A stretch of DNA of 64,000 nt, taken from contig MU053873.1 of the NCBI GenBank assembly GCA_013239625.1, positions 12,524-76,523 of the forward strand. The letters run 5' to 3'. Each line of letters opens with the position of its first letter. The stretch's first letter is position 1. The position numbers and the translations under genes are program-made. The stretch comes from Lama guanicoe (lineage: Eukaryota). This document shows, one piece after another, positions 24,966 to 36,840 of this stretch. Under the pieces are notes generated by a model. The model ran no database searches. It was given only the letters and a program-made list of their open reading frames with translations, and was not told the DNA's origin.

Positions 24966-26436
24966 TGTAGACGCTGGCCACTATGACCCTGAGAGCTGGG
25001 AAGAGACCCAGAGGTTCAGAGCTCAGAGGGACCTCAGGGGACTTGGGGGCTTCATCTCCTGGGGCAGAAGGTGAAATTGGCTAGTATAAGGCTCTCTCCC
25101 CCCACTCACCGGGGCCAGCGTCCTCTCCTGCGATGGGCTCAGGCCACTCAGTTCTGTCTACTCACACTGCCCATGGTGACAGAGATGGGGTCCAGCTCTC
25201 TGGTCCTGGGTACAGGGCCCACTTTGGCTCCCTCCACGTCGCCTGTCTTTAGCCCAGCTGGCAGGGCTTCTAGTCCCTACTTTCGGGCAACTGGCAGAGG
25301 GGAGGGAGGTCTATTCCTTTCTGGGTGTCTAAGGCACTGGCCCCTGGTCTGGCTGCTCTGGATTCAAATCCTCATCTGTAAAATGAGGGCAATGATGCTT
25401 GCCCCACTGCATACTGAAAGTGACACCGCCTACTGTCACATACAGAGGCCGCTCTCCACCCTGCCCCTCAGTCCCCCACTGTCTGCACCTGTGGTGCCAT
25501 CAGATGCCTCACTGAGTCAAGAAGGCCAAACTCACCCCTAGCAGAGGCTGCATGCACAGGACCTGCATACAATAGGTACTTGTCTGAGACTGCCGTGCAA
25601 AGAGTTTGTCCCGGAGGTGATCCCAGGGAACAAAAGTAGGGGAGTAAGGAAGTGAGACAGAGGGGAGGAGGCAGCTGTACAGGAAGGTAATCAAGGAAGG
25701 AAGAGCCTGATCCCAATGTGCATAATGGGAGACAGTGTGAAACACGAGCCTCAGAGTCCCACCCGAGGCCAGAGGGTCTTTAGACACCAGCTCCACACAG
25801 TCTTTGCTTGAGGGCTGCTCCAGGGGCTGTCAGTTCTGCTGGTCTTGTGGCCTGCTGGGCATCTGGCTCTGGAGGCTGGAGGAAGGGTTGACGGATACAG
25901 GAAGGGGACATGGGCAGGGGACCCAGGCAGGGCATCAGCAGCCTCGACTAATCTAGGATCATGGGTTGGGCTTCATGCCCGATTCTCAGCCAAAGGCTTC
26001 CCTGCTCTGCGAGCCCTTGACTGTTCCTCCCTGGAGCTTGGAAAAGAGAAGCAGAGAAAACCCAGGCCCCGCCCTGGAGGAGCCTCACAGAACAGCAGAT
26101 CTCCAGTTCTGGCCCTGGATGAGGAGAGCTGAGATGGGGAGCCCGGAGGTCCTATGGTAGCCTGGGGACTGGGCTGTCAGGGAAGGATGCCTGAAGCAGG
26201 CGGCAGAGCTTGCTTTGAAAACACTTAGCAGTGTTAGTTACAGTAGAGGGAACAGCAGATGCGAAGCCCCAGAGGGGTGCAGCTCCATGGCTTCTCCCCA
26301 AGGGCAACGGGGGCCATGGAGGGCCAGAGCAGAGGAAGACCTCTGGCTGCAGGTGGAGGGTGAGTCCTATGGGCAAACCCAGGAGAGGGAGTTGAGAAGG
26401 GGTCCAGGTTGAAGGCAGAGGCCTGACCCAGGAGAG

Positions 26437-26891
26437 TGTGTTAGTGTCCTGGGGCTGCTGTAAGGAAGTACCACGAACTAGGTGGCTTAAAACAACAGAA
26501 GTTTATTCTCTCACAGTTCTGTAAGCCAGAAGTCTGAGGTCAAGGTGTCAGCAGTGCCACGTTCCCTCTGAAGCTCTGGGTAGAATCCTTCATTGCCTCT
26601 TAGCTTCTGGAGGTGGCTATCTCCCTGGGCATTCCTTGGCTAGCAACTGCATCACGCCAGCCTCTGCCTGTCTTCACGTGGCATTGTCCCTGCGTGTCGT
26701 CTGCGACTTCACGTGCCATTTCCACGTCTTATCAGGGCACCAGCCATATTGGATTAGGGCCCATCCCAATGACCTCATCTTCACTTGATTATATGTACAA
26801 AGACCCTATATCCAAATAATATCAGTCATAGGGAATTGGGGGTTAGGACATCAACATTATCTTTTTAGGGAATACAATTTCACCCATAACA
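26437..26891 (-). mobile_element. MaLR LTR (MLT1-type)
   Basis: GGCTTAAAACAACAGAAGTTTATTCTCTCACAGTTCT...CCCATAACA. Confidence 0.85.
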
Positions 26892-27844
26892 GAGAACACA
26901 TGGTTTCACTGAATTTCTCCCAGGGGGCAGCCTTGATCCCTGCCCTGGCTTTCAGGAGTCAGGCCTACAGATGCCTGGTCACAGTGGGTGCCCCTAGCCC
27001 CCTCTGGCCCGGAATGTCAGAACTGGGCAAGACTAAACTTGGTACCATGGCGCCCTCTGTTGTCCAGGTGTAGAAAGAGCAGTCTGGTTCCTGAAAGCTA
27101 CACCTGCAGGGCCCCTTGGAGACCTCACACTTTTTCAGCCATGGAAGAGCCCTCAGTCCTGAAGATCTAGAGGCCGAGGGCACCAGCCTTGGCATCTGAC
27201 TGACCTAGGTTTGCATCCTGCTTCTATGGTCACCTGGCTGGGTGACCCTGGACTGGTTGCTCTGCCTCTCTGTGCCTCCTGGGGAAAGCAGAGGGAATTG
27301 TGCAAGCCCCCACATGGCACAGGACTGGGCACAGAGTGGTTGCTCAATACCTGGCAATGACTCATTATCAAAATATTAATTACATTAATAAATAAGTTAA
27401 TAACTATAACGCTTTTAAAACAAACCAGGCAGATAGTAAATGCTAATGAAGTAATTTATATTCTTGGCATCTACTAACTGCCAGAGTTGTTCCTGGATTC
27501 CTAAGGGCCTAGGAGTGCCAATATTAATAATAATAAATAATGTAATATGTATAATATATTAATGGCATTTCTAGACCCTTCAGGGTCTAAAGAAATAGAA
27601 TTAGGGGGTTCCACAAACCCAGGATGATATCATATTGCACTAATTCATGTCTCTCTTTGATTAATAAAAGGGAGGAGAATTATGTAATAAATGCGAGTCA
27701 CATCTTTTCCTGAAAATAGTCTTAGCTATTGTCAATTTTATTTATTTATTTTTGCTTATTTCTCTCCAAGGGTGTGCTTATTTCTTGCCACAAAGAATAT
27801 TATGAGGGTGCAGGCAGTGGTCCTGGGGGTTGGTGGGGTCAAAT

Positions 27845-27963
27845 CTGTCCCAGACTGACCAACCATCCTGGTTGCACAGGACTGGGGAATTTCTTGGGAT
27901 GTGGGAACTTTCAGTGCTAAAACCAGGACTGTCCCAGGAAACTGGCACAGTTGGTCACCCTAA
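27845..27963. mobile_element. MER81-like hAT MITE
   Basis: TGACCAAC...GTTGGTCACCCTA inverted termini. Confidence 0.6.
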
Positions 27964-28815
27964 CTCCTTCCCACCCTGCTTGGACCAGAAGCACACTCCC
28001 AGAAGGAAGACTGACTCAAGCCCAGGGAGGGCTTAAGAGCTAACTGATCTGGCTTTGAATTCTGACTCTGGCACTAATTAGCTGTGTGACGTTGAGTAGG
28101 TCACTTAATCTCTCTGAGCTTTGGTCTGTAAAGCTGGGATGTTGGAGCCTGGCACAAATAGGTCTTCCATAAAGAACCTCCCAGCTGTGGTTTCTGTCTT
28201 TCCCATCTGGCTGCTGACCCGAGAGTCCTGTGCCCTAGGAAAGGCCTCTATCCCCCTGAGAAAGCTGAGGGCGGCAGGTGGTTAGAGCTGACGTATCCCC
28301 ACTCTGGTTGATCATACCTGACATGCCTTGGTTGCTCTCTGGACATGAGCTCCAGGAGGGCCTGGACCAACTTGCTGACTGCCGTATGCTCAAGGCTGAG
28401 GGGCACAACAGACATCTAGTGAATACCAAATATTTTTTGGGTTAATTAAACTGGACCCCAGGGTAGAAGGGGAAACCCAGGACCTAGGTAGGGCTAGAGA
28501 GCAAGCAGGTGGTGAGGCAGCCTGGAGTGGTCAGTAGGAGAGAGGGGGCAGCCAGGGATGGGGTGAACAAGCACTGGAGATGGAAGGGCTGTGGAGTTCT
28601 GAGGAGATGGCTTAGTACTGGGTCTGACACATCCTGCAGTGTGACCACAACAATCCCTTTCTGCTCTCAGAATATCCCTTCCCACATGTGTAATGTGGGA
28701 TGGTACTTGTGCCTACCTCAGAGGGTTATTGTGATGATTAAGAGATTGCACAAGGAACCCTCAGCCTGGGCCCAGGGCCTGCTGCTCAGTGCTCCTCCAA
28801 CTGCTCCCCACCTCC

Positions 28816-28841
28816 GTGTGTGTGTGTGTGTGTCTCTCTTT

Positions 28842-28873
<32 letters not shown>

Positions 28874-28878
28874 CACAC
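28816..28878. repeat. Compound (TG)n/(CA)n microsatellite
   Basis: Direct reading. Confidence 0.9.
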
Positions 28879-29090
28879 CATCTTTCAGGTCTTGGGAGCT
28901 CATGGGAGCCCTTCAACTACACGGGCTTCAGCAGGTGACAGATGCCAGTCCACTGGGCTTCGTCTCACAGACACACTCACAGAGGTACCGCCATGCTCCC
29001 TGGGGGGGGTCCCCCAATCCCCAGCAGTCACCCCCAGAGCCCCGCCAGTCAGCACCACTGAGGCTGATTAACAAAAACACATTAAATTCT

Positions 29091-29096
29091 TTTACT
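29091..29096 (-). terminator. Candidate GAL3ST1 polyadenylation signal (variant AGTAAA)
   Basis: AGTAAA ~230 nt after the stop, followed by a GT/T-rich tract; no AATAAA nearer. Confidence 0.45.
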
Positions 29097-29325
29097 TTTG
29101 AAGTCTCCCCTTTAAGGGGAGACAGGAAATAGAACATTCTTTTTCAGAGGGAAAGGAATGTAATTTAAAAAAAAACTATAACTAGTCAAATACTGATCTC
29201 AGGCCCTGTGCGGTGGGCCCAGACCTGGCAGCAGCCCCATCTCACCCCAGGGGCTGGGGTGGCACCAGGAGGGCCGCGGCGGAGGCCAGAGGAACCCTGC
29301 CTGGCCCTCCTCAGCGGGCGGGACG

Positions 29326-30466
29326 TCACCACTGCAGAAAGTCCCGGATGACCTTCCAGAGCTTGGTGACCCACAGGTTGACGCCCAGGTCCGTCAGGTA
29401 CTGGATCTCGGGCGTGAGCATGCGCCGACAGAGCTGCGCGTGCCGCCGCCCGATGCTCTTCTTGAGGTTGTAGCCCAGGATGGACTTGGCGCCCAGCGGC
29501 TGCCAGGGCTGCATGGCCGCGTCCTGGATGGCGGTGGCGTCCACCGCGTCGCCGCCGTCGATGCAGATGCGACGCATGCGCTCATTGGCGCGCCGCAGGG
29601 CGGCTACCTCGCGGGCCATGCGCTCCCGCCCGAACGCCTCCACCTTGCGCCAGAAGCTGGCGTTGAAGTGGCGGTAGAGGCGGGCGTCCAGCTCGTTCCA
29701 GGCCGTGGCGCGGCGGTACAGCTCGCCCGAGAGGCGCGGCACGGCCGAGGCGCGGCGGGCGTTGAGCTTGAAGTAGAGCACGTCCTCCAGCTCCCAGCAC
29801 AGCAAGTCCTTGAGCAGCACCAGCGACTCGTCGAAATACTCCTGCAGGAGCACCAGGTGGAAGCGGCGCTCCACCTCCAGGATGTGCTCCTGCACCTGCG
29901 GGCTGCTGGGGTCCAGGTCGCTGTCGTAGCCCAGGTCGAAGAAGAGCAGGTTGCGGAGGTAGTGAGCGTTGTAGCCGTGGGGGTCGTAGTAGCGGTCGGG
30001 GTCCTGCAGGAACTCGGCCAGCTTGTCTTGGCCCGAGAGCTTCCACGTGAAGGGCACCACGGAGCCGAAGTAGTGGAAGGAGGACTCGAAGAGGCGGGCG
30101 GGGTCGCGGAGCACCGTGATGAAGGTGGCGTTGGGCGGCACCAGGCCCCGAACCTCGTCGTAGTGGAAGCGCATGTGGTTGCAGATGATGTTGAAGCAGG
30201 CTCCGGGCCGGTAGTCCTGCACCAGGCTGCGCGCGAAGAAGGCCGGGTAGTCGAAGTCGTTGCGGCCGTTGGGGAAGGCGAACTTGAGCCCGTGCTTCTG
30301 GCCGAAGCGGAAGAGGATGTTGAGCAGCGTGCTGCTGGCCGTCTTGTGCGTCTTCATGAACACGATGTCCCGCCGCGGCTGGCAGCCCCGAGCCGAGCCA
30401 TTGGCCGAGGTCACAGGCTCGGGCTCACTTGGAGCGGGGGAACAGGGTGCTGCGCCCTCGGAGGTC
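29326..30466 (-). CDS. GAL3ST1: GAL3ST1 large catalytic exon (CpG-rich)
   Basis: Open frame to TGA at 29326-29328; contains sulfotransferase motifs; CAG acceptor at 30467-30469. Confidence 0.96.
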
Positions 30467-31339
30467 CTGCTGGGAATAGAGTGGTGGTAGAGCCTCAGGA
30501 CTCCGCCCCCTGGGCCCTGGGGTCTAGAGAGCAGGGCTGCAGGGGATGGTGGTGGGGATCAGACTGGCCAGGGTTCAGGTTGCAAGACATAGGCAGGCAG
30601 TTTGGCCTCTCTGGCCTCACTTTCCTCATCTGTGAAATGGGGATAATAGCAGGCCCTATATGTGGTGTTGCTGAGAGAACAATAACAGGTCTCATTCACG
30701 GCCACAATGATACACATTTATCATTAAGTAGCATTAGATGGGACCACATGAAACTCTGCAGGCCAAAAATGGTCCATTATTAGCAATTTCTTCTAGTTCA
30801 ACTTAATACCTCCAACTAAGGGCCCAGGCTGTGCCAGGCCTGAGCTGAGCAGCCCTGTGGGGAGGTGGGGTGGCCTCATGGTTAGAAGCCAGGCTTGGAG
30901 GCAGACAGACCCCAGTTTGAATCCAGGCCTTGTGCCAGCTCAGTGCTCTTGGACAAGTCACCTCCACCTCCCGGCCCCACTGGAGCCTCAGAGGATGACT
31001 CTGAGCCCTGTGTACAGATAGTGTTGATTCTCATGCTTGATGATAGGTCCTCAGGTGAGGACACTGAGGCCGGGCATTTCACGGTGAGTTCTGCCCTGGC
31101 ACAGCCTCATGTAGGGCACAGCTGGGGGCTGCCCAGGAGGTGATCATCGGGGTGGGAGTCACCCTTCCCCCACCCTTCCCCCACCCCCCGACACCCAGCA
31201 GGGCCACTCACGTGGAGGCCAGGCCGGTGTGCAGCGGGGGCACGGCGTAGGAGTACAGCAGCAGCAGGAAGCTGGTGAAGAGTGCTCCCAGCACCAGCCC
31301 CTTGGCCATCGACTCCCAGCGCTTCTTCTGCAGCAGCAT
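29326..31339 (-). CDS. GAL3ST1: Galactose-3-O-sulfotransferase 1 (cerebroside sulfotransferase), 2 coding exons, 422 aa
   Basis: complement(join(29326..30466,31212..31339)) = 1269 nt. N-terminal type II TM (MLLQKKRWESMAKGLVLGALFTSFLLLLYSY), 5'-PSB motif KTHKTASST, 3'-PB motif RDPARLFESSF, C-terminus ...IRDFLQW. Confidence 0.96.
31212..31339 (-). CDS. GAL3ST1: GAL3ST1 first coding exon (TM anchor)
   Basis: ATG at 31337-31339, 9 nt of 5'UTR behind a TAG acceptor at 31349-31351; GTGAGT donor. Confidence 0.93.
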
Positions 31340-32029
31340 CTCAGACACCTACGGGGGAAACACAGCATCAGGAAGCCGGCCCCAGGGAGCCCCCACCGCC
31401 ATCCTAGGCCTGGCTGGGTTGAGAGGCAGCCTTCCACACTGGGAACCTGCCTTTGCCTGCAGGGTCCAGACAGAGACAGAGAGATAAACGCACAAAGAGA
31501 CGCTGGGTTGCCGATGGACATGGTGGCCAAGGCCAACGCAGAGAGAGGTTAGGGGGTGCGGCAGGGAGAAGGTTCTGCTGCCTGGCTCAGGTTTTTGGTT
31601 TGGTTTGGTTTGGTTTTTTGCTGCCTGGTTCGGTTTTCATTGTGAAGCTGACAGGTGTTCCTTAGTTAATTTTTTATAGCTTTTGGGGCTTCATACCAAA
31701 ATCATCTAAATAGGCAAAGAAGACCCTTTCCCAGGGCTCTGTCCCTCCAGGCCTGAAGCCAGGATTGTCTACAGGGAGGGGCCTGGGCCCTGAATACCTC
31801 ACCTTTCAGAAGGCCCAGCCAGCCCACCTGTCCCCTTCGCCACCCTTCCCAGCTGCCCAGTGTGGGGGTCGAGGCTCCTCATCTCTTTTCACTGGCCCCA
31901 GTGCCCATGGGGGCTGTAGGGGAGCCAGATGGAGAAACTGAGGCTCAGAGTGAGGAAGGAGGGGGCTCAGATCACACAGCAGTCAGGTCTCCGCCCACAC
32001 ACCCACTTGTTCTCCAGTTGCCGGTAGGC

Positions 32030-32180
32030 TGGGTTAACTAGGAAAATCTGAATTTCATATAAACAACAAATAAAAATCTTTTTAGTACAAGTGCTTCCCA
32101 AATATCATATGGGATATACTTACATTAAAAATTATTCAATGTCAATCTGAAAATCAAGTTTAACTGGCTATCCTGCTTTG
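32030..32180. mobile_element. Degenerate MER53-like MITE
   Basis: AT-rich palindrome similar to the two copies above. Confidence 0.55.
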
Positions 32181-33034
32181 TTGTTTGTTTTTAGTTTTCG
32201 GGGTAGGTTTTGGGTCCATCCTGTCAGCAGGGGACTGAGGCATGAGCTATAATGGGGCCAGTTCAGGCTGAGCGACGGGGTCCAGGAGAGAGCTGGGGCC
32301 CGGGGGCCTTGTCCCCTTAGCTGCCAGGCCACAGCGAAAACTTTCCACTCCTGTTCTGGCATATGTTGCACTGGGCCCTGGGCCTCTGAGGCCATGAGAG
32401 GTCATGTCTGCTGCCCCGTGATCACACGCATGGCATGTTGCCACTGTCCCTGCAGCCAGGGGCCAGCCAGCCAGCCTGGAGGAGGACCCCAAGTACTTCC
32501 CCCTGGAAAAGTGACTGGAAGCACCCACAAACCTTTCCCAGAGAAAGGGCACTCCGGGCCTCCTTGACCAGTCCCTGAGACCTCCGCTTACCATCTAGAA
32601 TTTCTCCTCACAGGAAAAGATGTGAAGAAGCAATCTGCAGAGGAAGAAACTATACGAGAGGGAATTTTGGCTTCCCTGGTGACGATGACGTATCTCTGCT
32701 CGCTCCTAAGTGGCCAAGGTGGACAGGGTCGGGGTGGACGAGAGTGTTTCCACAAGGCAATCCTATCCAAGGAGGAAGGTACAAGGTCTCCCAATTCCAA
32801 CTATTCCACAGAAATACTTGGGCATAGTCACCCATGCTTTCGTGTTCATGGCAGCTTGATCAGAAATAGAAAAAAAGAAACAGTCCCCCCCCAAAAAACA
32901 ACCAACCTGAGCATCCATCCGCTGGGGACAGTCATACAAAGCAAGGCCCATCCTCAGATGGAGCCATCTGTACCCAATGGAAACAAACAAGGTGGACCTG
33001 AGTGGACTGGCTCAAAAACACACTATGCTCTATT

Positions 33035-33171
33035 TTTTTTAAATGTTTAATTTTTAAGAGGGAAGTAATTAGGTTTTTAATTTATTTTTATTTTAATAGA
33101 GGTACTGGGGATTGAACTCAGTACCTCGTGTATACTAAGCATGCACTCTACCGCTGAGCTATACCCTCCCC
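33035..33171 (-). mobile_element. tRNA-derived SINE (Vic-1 type)
   Basis: Same head and tail; degenerate TSD CACTATGCTCTATT / CACCATGCTGTATT. Confidence 0.88.
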
Positions 33172-33969
33172 GCACCATGCTGTATTGTGAAAAAAGAAAG
33201 TTCCGGACACGGTGCCCCTAAATCCATATATGCAATAAGTAAATATGCATAGGCCCACAAAGAAACAACTGGAGGGACGTGTTCTGAGTTTTAACAGTGA
33301 GGAAGGAGTACACAAGGGAATATTTTTCTACATTATGCATTTCTGTAAGGGTTGCATTTTTTTTTAAGGAGCCTGTATTTTTAATCAGGAAAAGGCAATA
33401 AAATGCATTTAATATATTTAAGTAATAGATCATAAAGCTTGTGAGGTGGGGAAAGTCAGCTAGTGACGGTCTGATCACGGAGAGGGCCCAGGAGAGGGAG
33501 GTGCCGGCCTGGAAGCCCCGGGCCTGTGTTTCAGTCACAGGAACCCCTTGGAGCCTCAGTTTCTCATCTATAAAATGAGACAGCTGGTAGCCCTCTCCAC
33601 TGGCTCTTCTCAAGATGGGGCAGGCAAAGTGACTAGCACATAGTTTTTGCTCAAACTGTGGGGACCTGCTGCGGGTTCCTGTCTTTGTCGCCCTCAGAGT
33701 GGGCCCCCTTGAACAGAGTATGTCCACCTCCACCCCCACCACTACCACCAAGCACAAACCTGCCCCTGCCTCCAGTGCCCCCATCAGCCTCCTGTTCCCC
33801 AGGGTCCTATCTAAAGCAGGGCAGAGCCTTGGGCTAGGCCAGAGCCTCAGACTTGGGCCCAAACCCTGAGTGGGGCCCTGGGCCTCAGTTTCTCTGATTT
33901 TAAAGTGGGGAAGGATTGAGATTCCTGCCCTCTGAAGATCCCCAGGGCCCACCCCACCCCAAGAGCCCC

Positions 33970-34135
33970 ACTCACCAGGGCACTTTCCGGAACTATGGGA
34001 GGCTGCTGGCAAAGGCTCTGGGTGGAGGTCGGGCAGCAGGGGGCAGACCAGCCTCCTAGAACCACCAATCAGGCTCTGCCTGGCCCCGCCCAGCATACCC
34101 CCCCACCCCTAACCCCACCCCCGGGCCGCCAATCA
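33970..34135 (-). promoter_or_regulatory. Candidate GAL3ST1 promoter and non-coding first exon
   Basis: Two CCAAT boxes (34065-34069, 34129-34133), GC box at 34084-34091, then a GTGAGT donor at 33970-33975; the first coding exon begins with an acceptor, so an upstream UTR exon is required. Confidence 0.55.
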
Positions 34136-34188
34136 CTGCTTCATTCATTTGTTCATTCCCTTACACTGGCTTCCTCAAACCCAGCCAA

Positions 34189-34283
34189 GGGGGAGGGCAT
34201 AGCTCAGAGGCAGAGTATGTCTTACCACACATGAGGCCCTGGGTTCAATCCCCAGTACCTCCCCATCCCACTCCCCTCCAAAA
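34189..34283 (+). mobile_element. tRNA-derived SINE (Vic-1 type, short)
   Basis: A/B boxes; TSD AAACCCAGCCA at 34177-34187 and 34284-34294. Confidence 0.85.
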
Positions 34284-35398
34284 AAACCCAGCCAGGCCCT
34301 GCCAGGTGCCAGACCCCGGGCCATCCCACCCTCTGGTTTCACTTTTGAGCCCCTGCTACAAGCCAGGTCCTGGGATGGGGGTGTCTCCAGAGCATCCTAT
34401 TGACCCCACTCAGCTATCCTGGGAGGCGGACCCCACTGTCACCCTCATTTTGCAGATGGAGAAACTGAGGCTCTGGGAAATGACGTGATTTGTCCAGGGT
34501 CGCAAGGCAGGGGGCAGGGCTGGGATTTGAGCCCAGGACTGTCGGCCTCCAATGTGCAGGCTCCCACTTGTCCACGGCAGCCTCTGCCTGGTGTGTCCCA
34601 GGCCCAGCCCAAGCCCATTGGGAAGGAGGGTGTGTGCAGCTGGACAGTCCATCACAGAAGGCTGAGGTTTGCCAGCAGGTGACGGCCCCAGGACTAAGGC
34701 CATGGGGTACTGAGGACAATCTCAGCCAAGCCTGAGAATCCTCCAGTCTGGAAGACGGCGCAGCAGGGAGGCTGAGGCTCAGAGAGGGCAGAACCACCAT
34801 CAAGGTCACAAAGCACAGCAGTAGCAAAGATAGGATTAGAACCTGAGTCTCCTTCCTCTGCCTATGGTGATGACAGTCCCAGGCACTCGGGGCAGACGGT
34901 CCCGCTCCCTAGCCCACTCCATTTACTTCTGTCCTCTGAGTGCCCCCAGACACGTCACCCTCCATCTGTGCTGACAGCTGGCTCCAGGCCAGGCCCAGCA
35001 ACGCTCCTGTTTGGCTGGACCAGCAGCCTCCAAGGAATGAAGGAGAAACAGGACTCACCCCCCACCGCGTGCACACAGGGAAACTGAGCACAGGACAGTG
35101 ACCCTTCTGGGCTACAGCATCACCACCAGGCAGGCCTGATTCCCGGGTGTCCTGCTCCCCCAGGGACCCAGCAGAGGAAGACACACTCACCTTGGGCCGT
35201 GGCTGGCTGCCCCTTCCCTCTCCCTGCCTGAGCCACGTCTGACTCCCAAGGCTGCCTCTGTGGTCACTGGGAAACAGGAACGCTCCAATGACACCCAGCA
35301 GTGTGCTGGCCAGCTCCCTCATGCTCCAGTGGGTGTGAATATTCATGAGTTCCCTCCCCTGGGATAGCAGGTGGCATGTGCCTGTACCCTGCAGGTGC

Positions 35399-35540
35399 NN
35401 NNNNNNNNNNNNNNNNNNNNNNNNNNNNNNNNNNNNNNNNNNNNNNNNNNNNNNNNNNNNNNNNNNNNNNNNNNNNNNNNNNNNNNNNNNNNNNNNNNNN
35501 NNNNNNNNNNNNNNNNNNNNNNNNNNNNNNNNNNNNNNNN
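35399..35540. other. Assembly gap (142 N)
   Basis: Run of N. Confidence 1.
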
Positions 35541-36840
35541 GGAGCAGGAGGAGGAGGAGGAGGTGGAGGAGGAGGAGGATGTGGAGGAGGAGGATGTGGA
35601 GGTGGAGGAGGATGCGGAGGAAAATATGGAGGAGGAGGAGGTGGAGGAAGAGGTGGTGGAGGAGAAGGAGGATGTCGAGGAGGAGGAGGATGAGGAGGAG
35701 GATGAGGAGGAGGATGTGGAGGAGGAGGATGTGGAGGTGGAGGAGGATGTGTAGGAAAATGTGGTGGAGGAGCAGGAGGAGGTGGAGGAGGAGGTGATGG
35801 AGGAGAAGGAGGATGTCGAGGAGGAGGAGGATGAGGAGGAGGATGTGGAGGAGGAGGATGAGGATGTGGAGGAGGATGAGGATGATGTGGAGGATGAGGA
35901 GGATGTGGAGGAGGAGGTGGAGGAGGAGGATGTGGATTAGGATGTGAAGGAGGAGGATGTGGAGGAGGATGTGGAGGTGGAGGAGGATGAGGATGATGTG
36001 GAGGAGGAGGAGGTGGAGGAGGAGGAGGATGTGGAGGAGGAGGATGTGGAGGAGCATGTGGAGGTGGAGGAGGATGAGGATGATGTAGAGGAGGAGGAGG
36101 TGGTGGAGCAGGAGGAGGAGGTGGAGGAGGAGGAGGTGGTGGAGGAGGAGGAGGAGGTGGAGGAGGAGGAGGATGAGGAGGAGGAATTGGAGGAGGAGGA
36201 GGATGAGGAGGAGAAGGAGGAGAATGGGGAGGATGAGGAGGAGGAGGTGGATTAGGATGTGGAGGAGGAGGAGTAGGAAGAGGTGGAGGAGGAGGAGGAA
36301 TAGGAGGTGGAGGAGGAGGAGGAGGAGGTGGAGGAGGAGGAGGGGGAGGAGGAGGAGGAGGAGGGGGAGGTGGAGGTGGAGGAGGATGAGGAGGAGAATG
36401 TGGGGGAGGAGGAGGAGGTGGTGGAGGAGGAGGGGATGGAGGAGAAGGAGGATGTCGAGGAGGAGGAGGATGTGGAGGAGGATGTGGAGGGGGAGGAGGA
36501 GGAGGAGGAGGAGGTGGTGGAGGAGGAGGTGATGGAGGAGAAGGAGGATGTCGAGGAGGAGGAGGATGTGGAGGAGGATGTCGAGGTGGAGGAGGATGAG
36601 GAGGATGTGGAGGAGGAGGGGGAGGTGGAGGAGGAGGTGGAGAAGGAGGAGGAGGAGGATGAGGTTGAGGAGGAGGATGTGGAGTAGGAGGAGGAGGTGG
36701 AGGAGGAGGATGTGGAGGAGGAGGATGTGGAGGAGGAGGAGGTGGAGGAGGAGGAGGAAGAGGAGGAGGAGAAAGAGGAGGTGGAGGAGGAGGATGTGGA
36801 GGAGGAAGAGGAGGTGGAGGAGGAGGATGTGGAGGAGGAG
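35541..36840. repeat. (GGA)n-type polypurine array
   Basis: GAG triplets with GTG/GAT variants; reverse complement in character to 1-1303. Confidence 0.97.

Noticed and set aside
29440..30783. 447-aa + strand ORF
   Set aside because: Antisense shadow of the GC3-rich GAL3ST1 exon
33218..34096. 292-aa - strand ORF upstream of GAL3ST1
   Set aside because: Non-ATG start, runs through MIR/L1-like repeat sequence, no recognisable domain
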